This document shows, one piece after another, positions 53,649-64,000 of a stretch of DNA of 64,000 nt; position 1 is the first letter of the stretch, and each line of letters begins with the position of its first letter. The position numbers were made by a program, and so were the translations under genes. The notes below the pieces were generated by a model that saw only the letters and a program-made list of their open reading frames with translations, was not told the origin of the DNA and made no database searches. Source of the stretch: Mayamaea pseudoterrestris (taxonomy: Eukaryota); NCBI GenBank assembly GCA_027923505.1, contig BROI01000002.1, positions 1,550,001 through 1,614,000 of the forward strand, read 5' to 3'.

Positions 53649-55496
53649 ATGGAAGACGGTAACGATAACGACAACGACATTATCGATCGCGCCGCGTTCT
53701 TTAGACTCCCTGATGATGGCAATGACGAAGTCGAGGAACTGCTTAATGCCCAAGTCGAAGACGACGACGGCCAGTTCGAAGGAGAAGATTGGGAAGCTTT
53801 TATCGAACGGCTCTACCACAATTATTTGAAGGTACTCATCCAAACAATAAACGGAGACGAGAGCTGTCATGTGGAAGAATTCAAGACCAGCCCTGAGTTT
53901 GGGAGGCTTACTTACATGGAAATGGATTGGAAGGATTTGCTTCCAATGGTGCACCTTCCGCATGCTCGGGAAGAATTTTTTGCCGCCATTGAGACAAAGG
54001 GAAAATATACTATTGAACATGTGGCTATATCTACTCGTGACGATGAAGAGATGACGTCAGGCCAATGCAATGAATGTTTTGAGGTGCTTGGCAACGCAAT
54101 CTCGCTCTGCGGAAAATTGCAGTGGATTCACTTGACAATATTCGAGTCGCAGAGTATGGATTACCCATACTCAAGAATGCTTCTCCAAATTCCTCAGATG
54201 AGAAAGATGGCACTAACTTGTACTAATACCGGAGATACTTACGTTCCGATCATGCTTTTGCATACTATTGCAAACATGAGATACCTCGAAGACTTTGAGC
54301 TCCAAGATGTGAATTTTGCCACTGCTCGAGCTTGTTTTCAAGAACTTTCACAAACTACAACTTTACGACGACTGGCCTGGACTAGTTTCTATCTTGGGAA
54401 TGATGAAGGGCCAATAGTACCGGTATCAGTCGATGAAGCGAACGAGGTTTCGCGGTTTCTGCAATCCAGCAGCCTCGACTTTTTCGAGTTACAAAGCGTG
54501 GACTTGTCAGACGCAGCTGTTTCGGATATTATTATTCACTCTATTACTTCTTGCTTCCAGCTCAAGGAGATTCGTTTAAGCAATCTCGAGCTTGGTTTGG
54601 GTTTCAATGATTTCTTCCAGAAGTTTGGTTGTCGTCTGCCGGCAATGACGGGACTTGAAAACTTGCAATTTTTTGTAGGCTGGCCACACGAGAGTGAGGC
54701 AATCAGCATGGAGGGTGAGTGTGAAGTCGACGAAAGTTCTGCACTTGCTATCCTTCGTGGTGCCGCGCTTGCCCCACGACTGAACGAGCTTGCACTACCG
54801 AATTGCCACTGGACGCAGGCAACAGTGGACGCGTTGGTTGCCTACCTTTCCGCTGATACACCATTGCGCAGACTTGAAATACGAGGGAGTCAATCAGATG
54901 CTCGTCCCACTGCTCTATCACACTTACGTTCATGTTTGGAGCGATCAAGGCTTGAATTTCTCTCCTGCAGAGTCAATGACGAAGCCGGCGTCTGCGCGAT
55001 TGCTGCGGGATTGGCGCTGAATCCGTATATACAAAAGCTTTTCTTGGCAAGCACGCGCATTTCGTTTAAGTCTATGAGTCGAATTTGCCATGCGTTGCGG
55101 TCAAATCCAACTTTAAAAGATCTTGAGTGTGTCTCGCTAAAGGGCTTTAGATACTATCGCAGTTCATCCGCAACGAAAGCAGAAGCGCGAGAAGTGAAAA
55201 AGTCGACCATAGCATATCAGCGTCTTATGGAGGCGCTTTCCGCTAATGTTACGCTAGAGTCCATCAGCCTGGTGCCGTATTACGCACGTTTCTTCAGTCC
55301 TCAAGAGGATGATACGTTGGGAAAGACCATTGCCGCTTTCGTTCGACTGAACGAGGAAGGTCGAGTCTACGCCACAAATACACATGACCCAGATTTTCGG
55401 ATGAATGCAGTTCGCTTTCTTGAGAAGGTGAACGATAGCCTCGACTGCCTATACCTTCACTTGCATGATATTCCCATGTTGTTTGAACGTCGGTGA
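53649..55496 (+). CDS. RNI-like leucine-rich repeat protein (diatom-expanded type)
   Basis: Repeats such as AIAAGLALNPYIQKLFL, ICHALRSNPTLKDLE and LMEALSANVTLESISL; C-terminal RLN.EGR......V.DSLDCLYLHL.D.P.LF. Confidence 0.8.
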   Translation: MEDGNDNDNDIIDRAAFFRLPDDGNDEVEELLNAQVEDDDGQFEGEDWEAFIERLYHNYLKVLIQTINGDESCHVEEFKTSPEFGRLTYMEMDWKDLLPMVHLPHAREEFFAAIETKGKYTIEHVAISTRDDEEMTSGQCNECFEVLGNAISLCGKLQWIHLTIFESQSMDYPYSRMLLQIPQMRKMALTCTNTGDTYVPIMLLHTIANMRYLEDFELQDVNFATARACFQELSQTTTLRRLAWTSFYLGNDEGPIVPVSVDEANEVSRFLQSSSLDFFELQSVDLSDAAVSDIIIHSITSCFQLKEIRLSNLELGLGFNDFFQKFGCRLPAMTGLENLQFFVGWPHESEAISMEGECEVDESSALAILRGAALAPRLNELALPNCHWTQATVDALVAYLSADTPLRRLEIRGSQSDARPTALSHLRSCLERSRLEFLSCRVNDEAGVCAIAAGLALNPYIQKLFLASTRISFKSMSRICHALRSNPTLKDLECVSLKGFRYYRSSSATKAEAREVKKSTIAYQRLMEALSANVTLESISLVPYYARFFSPQEDDTLGKTIAAFVRLNEEGRVYATNTHDPDFRMNAVRFLEKVNDSLDCLYLHLHDIPMLFERR

Positions 55497-55614
55497 CTTT
55501 TGGTGCGCATCTTATCCAAAGAATCGCATCTTATTCAAGATGTTCACACTAAGAAAACCTACATAGTAACGATACTTTATATTCTTATTATCGCCACTTT
55601 AGCGTCTGCACATG

Positions 55615-56691
55615 TCACACTTGCTTGTACCACTCTCCTTCAGGTCGATTGATGAATTTACTCACAAACACATCCACTCCATGCTTGTTGTCTTTCACAA
55701 CAAACTCATGTTGAAAGGCGCTCGCATCCTTTGGTTCGCCCAAGCAAAATATGGTACTGCCCGACCCTGACATGAGTACATGGTCGAACCCATGTTGCAA
55801 TAGCGCTTGCTTGATGTTTGCCAGCGCTGGCGCCACGCGAAAGGCTGGTGCCTCCAAATCGTTGACAAAGAATCTGTTGTCAACCTGCGCCAAGTCTTGC
55901 GCAAAAGCTGGCAGCAGCATTTCATCCGGATCCATGTCACTCAATTCGTTGTAGTCGAGCGCTTGAAAGACGGCCGGCGTCGAAAGACCAATCTTGGATG
56001 GCTTGACCAAGTATACCTTGGTGGCAGTGCCTCGACTGCTCGACAACGGATCCATTGGTGTGATCACTTCGCCGCGACCCGTGCAGTAGGCGGTTCCTCC
56101 CGACAAAAAGAAGGTAATATCGGATCCGAGTGCACCCGACCACTCCACCAGCTGATCGAGAGTCGCAGGCTGCTGCAACAGTTGATTCGCGCCCCATAGC
56201 GCCGTGGCCGCGTTCGCCGATCCGCCGCCGAGTCCAGCCTGCGCCGGCACTTGCTTGATGAGCTTGGCGTAAAAGTATGTTTGAATACCAGTCTATTCGC
56301 GCATGAGCTGCAGTGCACGAATCACGAGATTGCTCGCGTCGATTGGAACGCCCGGCATGTTGCATTCAAACACGTCGCAATTAACGTCTTTGTCCGTCAA
56401 GATGGAAAGCTCCAAAGTGTCGCCAAAGCCAACGGCTTGGAACAAGGAGGCGAGATCATGATATCCGTCGGGTCGTTTTCTAAGAATCCGTAGAAACAGA
56501 TTAACCTTGCAGGGACTGAACAAGGAGAGTGTTGCGGATGGTTCCGTCGATGAAGTTTGCGTCGTTGTTGACGAGGACGAAGATGGAGCAATCCACAGTC
56601 GACTCCTGCTGCTGACTGGTGCTCGCGAGTTTGCAGTGATAGAAAAGGCATTTGAAACGACTAGACTCGCAAGTAATAGAAGCTTTAACAT
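55615..56691 (-). CDS. ispE: 4-diphosphocytidyl-2-C-methyl-D-erythritol kinase, plastid-targeted; in-frame TAG at 56295-56293
   Basis: SPCKVNLFLRI..KRPDGYHDLASLFQ, NLV.RA, K.VP.QAGLGGGSANAA, LGSD..FF, G.GE, NDLE and MSGSGS. Presequence ...VSNA-F. Confidence 0.93.
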
Positions 56692-56987
56692 GATTCTATA
56701 CTGGAGCCTGTGACTTCTGCACGAAGTTGTTTGGAAGGTGCTAAACAATGGCTTGATTGGAGAAACGGATGATGGCTTCAACGCGACGAGTGCGTATGCG
56801 TTATCGTAGCGGTAATGGAAAAAATAACGGTACGACATCACCTGTTCACAAGACTGAAAAAGGAATCGCCAATTTTGGCCGCTCACCTCATCGGATTTAC
56901 TGTCAACAGGACCAATGCAACCACAAATGCGGGACGATTTCTGGAAAGCATCAAGCGTATCTCCTACCAAGATATAGATTCGTTACC

Positions 56988-59053
56988 ATGAGCAGTGACA
57001 GTGTGAGTAGCGAATTATCGCGACCGGACCCGCCGTCGGCATGGGAAATCAGCCAGGAGCGACACGACGAAATGGAGTTTCTCGATGCAACATCCGACGA
57101 CCACGACCTACCACCCTTTGACGTGGAGCATAGCTTACCATCCATTGAAGAAATCAAGACGGATCGAGCCATTCTGCGGTGGAAGCAACGTGGCGTAAAG
57201 ACGATTGCAGGCGACGGAACACATTATCCAAAGCGATGCTATCTGATCATTGCCGCTTGCGTGCTCGCTTTGGTTTGCTTGATTGGAATGAGCATCAGAG
57301 TCAGCAAGAACAATGAGTCCGAAACTGCAAGTGTTCCAGTGCTTGATCACCGCGCCCAGCGGCGGACGGATTTACTCAACCTTTTATACAAAACCTACAA
57401 GGCGGCCGATTTAAACACGAGCGTTTTGACCAAGACCGGAACGCCGCAGTTTCAAGCGATTCAGTGGCTAGCCGATGAGGACATGCGGCGCGTTGCCATT
57501 GGTCCAGCCATTGTGCAGCGATACGTGCTCGCCGTCATGTACTACGCGCTCGGCGGAGCCCAGTGGAGCTTTCAGCAGACTGGATGGTTGAAGGGCAAGA
57601 CGCACGAGTGCGAGTAAGTAACAGGATGGTCGTTTGTGTTTTTGACGCTACTTGTACATCAAGAAGAGATACTCATACTTTTATTTTTGTCTCTTTTTCG
57701 TACAGCTGGAACTTTGGACTTTCAGCGGACCAGCTCCCTCCGAGCACCACGGCGAACAATTGGCACGTCGGAGTGCAGTGCAAGGGAGGCGGCCGTAAGG
57801 TTGATCACATCTTTTTGCCCAACAACAATTTGAAGGGCGAGCTTCCGCAAGAAATGGGTCTGTTGACAAGCATGGTACATTTTTCCGCCTTCAAGAACGC
57901 ACTCAGTGGAGCGTTGCCGACGAGCCTTGGCATGTGGAAGTCGCTTCAATATCTAAACCTTCAGAACAACCAACTGACTGGTCAGCTCAAAGATTGGTTT
58001 AGCTTTCCCAAACTCGAGTATTTGACATTGGCAGGGAACGGCTTCTCCGGGGATTTGCCAAACTCGTTCTATCAATTGACCAGTCTTCACGAAGCTGCTT
58101 TGAACAACAACAAGTTTACGGGCGGAGTCGATGTTTTGAATCAGTGCACAAACCTCAAGATACTGTATTTGCAGAACAACCAGCTTGACGGAACCATCAC
58201 TGAGGACACATTTTCTCTCCTTTCGCGACTTCAAGATTTGGACATGAGCGAAAATGTGCTGCAGGGCGGTGTACCAACGTCATTCTACAGGATCACAAAT
58301 GTGGATCTTCACATGAATCAGCTGGCCGGAACACTGGCCGTGGTTCCCTCTGACGGCAGCCATAGCTTGAGCTACCTTTCTCTATACAAGAACAAGTTAA
58401 AGGGCAGCATTCCAACTTCGATTGGCTTTCTCACTGGTTTGACGCATTTGGACTTGTCTCAGAACCAGCTCACAGGCGATATTCCCGATGATTTGCAGGA
58501 GCTTACCCACCTGGAGTACTTGTTTCTACAGAAAAATCCATTCACAGCGGGTCGCATGCCTAGTCTCTATGGCCTTTCGAAATTGAAGGAGCTGTCACTA
58601 CAGGAGACGAAGCGAAATTCAACGCTGCCGGCATACTTTGGAGAGGAATTGACGAGCCTTGTCCACTTGGATCTGCACGACAATGCGCTTTCCGGTTCCA
58701 TACCCGAAGAATACGGTAATCTCTCCAACATGCGCTTTCTATTTCTAAACCGAAATCTCATAACTGGAAGTGTTCCATGGGAGCTCATGTACATGAAAAA
58801 GTTGTCCATTTTCATGATTGACCAGAACGAATTGGGCGGAAGCGACGCTGCCGTCTGTGGTGACAACAAACCACCAACATTAACGAATTTTGTCGCCGAC
58901 TGCAACGAGCTGCAGTGCGACTGCTGCACAAAGTGCTGCACGAGCGATGAACCCACCTGCAATACGCTGGAGCTGCAGGTGCATGATGACAATAACTTTT
59001 CCCGCGATCATTACGTGTTTGGAGAGAATCTGATTTTTAGTCGAAACGGATGA
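56988..59053 (+). CDS. Single-pass membrane LRR receptor-like protein
   Basis: Exons 56988-57613 and 57706-59053. TM helix, TPQFQA..WL...D....QRYVLAV.YY...G..W cap, about 14 LRRs and a C-terminal ADC...CDCCTKCC cap. Confidence 0.9.
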
Positions 59054-59131
59054 GCAATTATACATATTGCTCTTACTGCATGTGGTTGTTGAATAACAAT
59101 ATAGAGTATTTTGCATATCACTAAAGTACTT

Positions 59132-60381
59132 TTAGCTCGTTTTGGCAAGTCCATGCTCCGCCGTATGCATTATTGATTCCCATATCTGCCTCGGAATCGG
59201 CATGACACCCGCCTTGCGACGGTCTTCGGCCATTTTCATGGATCGCTCTCCCGGTATGCGAACGTGACTACCCGCATCCTTGACTGCCTGAATGACGGCG
59301 GCAGACTTTTGTTCAAAATCATCCACCAAGTCCTTTGGATTGATCGCAATAATCGTATGTCCCCATGACTTGGCAGTCTTCTTTTCCACCATGCCGACAA
59401 CGGCACTTCCCGATAGTGCACCGGCAAGCAACTCGACGCACAGCGACAAACCTGCTCCCTTGTGACCACCAAAGGTTGCAATGGCGCCGCCGTTCAAGAC
59501 TTGGTTGGCGTCAGTCGTCCAGTTGCCGTCCTTGTCGTAGGCAACGTTTGGTGGAAGTGGTTCATTTTTAGCCTTGGAACTAAGTACGCCAAACAAAGCA
59601 ATGGCAGATGTCGCCATGTCAAACTGATCAAGAAAAAAGCAAAAAAGGTCAAATGAGAAATGATGAGGCATTAAGCTCAACATCGTGGCGAGCCTTCCTT
59701 GCATCAAACGCATCTTACACTACTCACAGTGAATGGATGCAGCGCGTTCGCCTGCGGGACCCCCACGGCCAATGGATTCGTTCCAAAGACGGCCTTGGCG
59801 CCTTGCGCCGGTGATACAATCTCGGGAGAATTGGCCAAGCAAACGCCAATCAATCCGCGTTTGGCAATTCGCTCCACGTAAAAGGCCAACTGGCCGGAAC
59901 TGGTGCTGGAATTGTGCGTACAAACCACTGCAATGGTATTATGTTGTTCAGTGCAAAGCTCAATCGCCTTGTCGGCTCCCATGACGGCTGCGAGCATGCC
60001 GGGCGCTTGATTGGCGTTCAAAACAACGCTGTTGCTGGTGGATCGCTCCACAAAGGGCTTGCCAGCGTTGGGGGCTGGTTGCATTTGCGTCGGCTGGTAC
60101 ATTTTGACGAGGCCCTGATTGTTTCCGCATACTTCAGCTGCCGTCATGATTTCGGCTTGTAACGAAGCGTCTTGGGCGTCCCAGCCAATCATTTGTAGTG
60201 CCTTGGTGGTAGTGGAACGAGCGTCGTCTATAGTCACCATGACGGTGTTTTCGTCCGACGTGCTGGAGAAGGCGTGCGAAGAAAGCCTGGAACGTCGACT
60301 CGCAAAACCTTTGAATAGAAACGATTGTAGTCGTGAGCAAGATGCTGCACGCATGAGGGACGTGCTAGCCATTATAACCAT
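59132..60381 (-). CDS. Ldh_2-family NAD(P)-dependent oxidoreductase (malate/L-lactate/sulfolactate/ureidoglycolate dehydrogenase type), probably mitochondrial
   Basis: Exons 60381-59728 and 59623-59132. Motifs FGTNP.A.G.P, FDMATSA.A, A.D.DG..T.D, GGHKG.GL....ELL.G.L.G and VRIPGER. Arg/Ser-rich presequence. Confidence 0.9.
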
Positions 60382-60653
60382 GGTGATCAATCTGAAGCTT
60401 GGAAAATGCTTTTTTGGGACGGCAGAACTTTTTCCGAAACGAAGGAGCGCTGGCGCGCCATGAGTCATCCTCGCATCTCTGATTGGACAGTAAATAATGT
60501 CGTACCACGACTTAAAATGAATCATCAGCGACGGCGCTTCCGCGCTCATGGCGCGGCTGCTTTCAGCTCCGTTTCCTTTCATGTCCGTTTCTCGTTTGTT
60601 GCTTCACTAGCGATTTCTCCTATACTACGTACTGTAACACGACTTTGCATAAC

Positions 60654-61778
60654 ATGTCATTGGAAAACTCTTCAGTTGCACCAGCCATTCGGGAAGGTGA
60701 TAATCGTGCCCAAGTGGCTCTGGAAGCGTCCGCCGCGACCCTTGAAAACACCAGCGCAAAGTCCAGCGAACCGGATGATGGATCACCTACAACAAAGCGT
60801 CAACGAACTGACAATGCTTTGAGCAAAACGAAAGCTCTGGGAAGCGATGTTTTGACGCTTGATATTGGTGGCGAGAAGACAGTCAAAACGCTTCGCAGCA
60901 CTTTGACTTTCACAAATGGGAGCAAGCTTGCTGAAACATTTAGCGGCCGCTGGGACAATTCTCTTCCCCGCAATAAAGAAGGAGACTTTTTCATTGATTA
61001 CAAACCAGAGCTGTTTATGCCTCTACTTGACTTTCTACGAACCTTGAGCTCCATAACAACTACCGTGAGCGAGTCGCCTCCCATGACTCCTTCCTATAAG
61101 GATCTCAAGGATGAGCAAGCATTTCGAACCATGGTTGACGCTTTTGGCCTGACAAACGTCCTTTATAACTACGAAATATTCGAGTATGGAGATGTTGCGA
61201 ACTGGAACAAACGAACCGTCGTTTCGAAAAATTGTAGCCTTTTTGATTATATTCTCAAACCCAGAAGCGACGTTTGCGACAATTTCTCTCTTGATCGACC
61301 GGACTTACAATTTGGAGCATGCTGCCATACTAGACAAGTGCGATCGTTCACGGTCTTGTTTAAATCTAATTCCAACTGTTTCATTGGGTGGATCCGTAGA
61401 GGCAAAGTGTTTGCCAACGACTCAATAACGTTTTATCTTGGAATTAACGTAGTTGCCTTTGACGCCAATACGAGGCAACTCATATTCATTGACCGAACTA
61501 CGGGGTTTTTTAAAAAATGCGAGCCGATTGATATTGCGATTGGGCGAAACTCGGAGTTACGCTGCTGCAGAAATGTCCATACCGATGAATTGGAATGGCA
61601 TATCGATGGGAGCCTTGTGATTGCAACCAGCAAAGCCCTTGGACACGGCGAGGAAGTACCGGTAGAGATGCGTGATGGGGTTTGCCGTCTTGGATGGACG
61701 GATGATTGTGAAATGATTCCATGCGTGGAGGTGTTACATGGCACTTGCCGCTTTACTGCTCTCGAATTAGAAGCATAG
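60654..61778 (+). CDS. BTB/POZ (KCTD-like tetramerisation) domain protein with a beta-rich C-terminal domain
   Basis: LTLDIGGE.....LRSTLT...GSKL...FSGRW...L.....G.FFID..PE.F..LLDFLR. Confidence 0.87.
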   Translation: MSLENSSVAPAIREGDNRAQVALEASAATLENTSAKSSEPDDGSPTTKRQRTDNALSKTKALGSDVLTLDIGGEKTVKTLRSTLTFTNGSKLAETFSGRWDNSLPRNKEGDFFIDYKPELFMPLLDFLRTLSSITTTVSESPPMTPSYKDLKDEQAFRTMVDAFGLTNVLYNYEIFEYGDVANWNKRTVVSKNCSLFDYILKPRSDVCDNFSLDRPDLQFGACCHTRQVRSFTVLFKSNSNCFIGWIRRGKVFANDSITFYLGINVVAFDANTRQLIFIDRTTGFFKKCEPIDIAIGRNSELRCCRNVHTDELEWHIDGSLVIATSKALGHGEEVPVEMRDGVCRLGWTDDCEMIPCVEVLHGTCRFTALELEA

Positions 61779-61992
61779 ACGGTACTGAGTAGGGGATAAT
61801 ATCCATTAGTATGAGTAAAAATATTATGTATGGCACGTAAGTAATGGTAAAAGTATACATGCAAGTAGGGAGATGGTAAAGTACACGCCGCTTTTTAATT
61901 ACCACTTATCGCGTTTCAATATTCGCTCTATTACAGACATCTACTACCATAGACTACACATATCTTTGTCACCAATATTCTATTTCAATTGT

Positions 61993-62876
61993 TTATTCAA
62001 CTCCTGCTTCCATGTCATCATCCTCATCAAGCTTGGGCGCCAAGAAGAATCGAACATGTCCATTGTCTCCAATACCATACTCAACAACAATTGGCATTTC
62101 CGCACTCATACTCAAGGTAACAACGCTCGACAATGGACTCGCCTTGGTGAAAAAGTTCAAGTATCGAAGCGCAAAGTTAAGTTCCGCCGGTTCCTCCATG
62201 TCAATCACGACGCGGTCCTCCTCCTTCTCGGGCGCCGCGTTGGCGCGCAGCAAAATGTTACCAGTTCCAATCGCTCCAGTCACACCGAACTTGATGCCTT
62301 CCTTGGAAATCTTGATGGTGCAAGTGTCGCCAAAGACTTGAAGGTCGCGAATAATGCGCTGGAATTCGCGCGACGGCATGCGAACGCTGCAAGTGTACTG
62401 CGCCTCGGGGATGGAAAGCTGCTCGCCGTCAATCATCATGAGGTTCAAGTCTGGCGAGAGAGTAATAAACAGACGAGCTCAATATGAGAATCGATTAACA
62501 AATGAATAAGTCGCGTTCGCATTGATTACTCACCAAAATCAGCAATTGTCTTGGAGTCCGGACACTCAAACATAATCGTCAGCTTGTCTCCCTCATCCTC
62601 CGCCTTTAGAATGACAGCATCATCCTTGTTCAGCATTTTCATAATCTTGGTCATGTTTTCACTATTGAATCCAAGCTGCAGGGCCTTATCGCAACGATAC
62701 TGGTCAAAGGCCGAGCTGGAGAGACGAACGTCGACGAGGGCAACGTGCGCAGCGTCCATGCTTTGAATCTGCAAGTCCTCCTCCGTGACTTCAATGTTGG
62801 CGTCTCGGACCAAGTCCTTGATGGCGTCCATGATTTGGCGCAAGACGACGCCGTCTACCAAACGAGCTTCAAACAT
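61993..62876 (-). CDS. PCNA: Proliferating cell nuclear antigen
   Basis: Exons 62876-62534 and 62450-61993. MFEARL, Q.MD.AHVALV, MPS.EF.RI.RDL, FALRYLN.F.KA.PLS and FFLAPK. Confidence 0.97.
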
Positions 62877-63354
62877 GGTGATTAGATTTATAGGTGGAGT
62901 GAATGTGAAAGAGGCAGCTTTGCAATGGAAGGATTGCGCAAGTTGTGGCTGCCGAACGAAGCGCGGCATGGCGCGACGGCGCGGCAAATGCATGGCGCGC
63001 CATTCGCATTGGCAATGTCCGGCCGGCGCGCAGCTGAAACGGATGAGACTTTAGCTAACATTCGCCGTGAACAACATATATTTGTAGTTGACAACTGAAA
63101 GCAAGTAAGGGCAAATTGTTTGCTCCAAGACTCCAATGAGGCATTGAATGAGGAACTGATCAAATCCGTATCATATTGCAGTCATAGCTCACTAGCCCGT
63201 TGTTTCGCTCACGCCTGATCCAGCGCTTTCACCACAGACATATCCTATCATGACTAACGTAGACTGTCTCTTGATTGCCAAGCAAGGTGACTTAAAGTAC
63301 AATGTTTAATTACTCCAGTAGAATAGATTTACACAATCGCAAGGAGCAGTGCGT

Positions 63355-64000
<646 letters not shown>

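Overview
Gene-dense eukaryotic nuclear DNA, almost certainly from a diatom or a close ochrophyte. Evidence: short GT-AG introns of about 75-200 nt, bipartite plastid presequences with F/W/Y at +1, plastid GapC1-type GAPDH, and diatom-type LRR and mucin surface proteins. About 33 protein-coding loci were reconstructed by manual splicing. They include a HACD/PTPLA dehydratase fused to a long extra domain, three LRR surface proteins, a plastid amino-acid transporter, SDHAF4, a mucin-TM-PDZ protein, a membrane cyclophilin-like protein, an atypical TxH MAP kinase, MYND, FHA, ATG18/WIPI, a thylakoid-lumen-type protein, sPPase, MTA/SAH nucleosidase, a BT1 transporter, a KIX/polyQ protein, a Zn-finger plus ApoL-like protein, a rhomboid, an O-fucosyltransferase, PA28, an RNI-like LRR protein, IspE, an Ldh_2 dehydrogenase, a BTB protein, PCNA and GapC1. 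A ~1.5-kb non-autonomous TIR transposon lies at 33240-34751. Notable oddities: an in-frame TAG in the otherwise intact IspE, an in-frame TGA in the MYND gene, two more frame-broken genes, unusual domain fusions (HACD+Rossmann-like, Zn-finger+ApoL-like), a probable pseudo-GHKL ATPase, and recurrent promoter motifs (ATGACGTCAT, CGCG-rich palindromes). No rRNA, tRNA or CRISPR array was seen. All family calls come from motif recognition by eye; no database searches were run.
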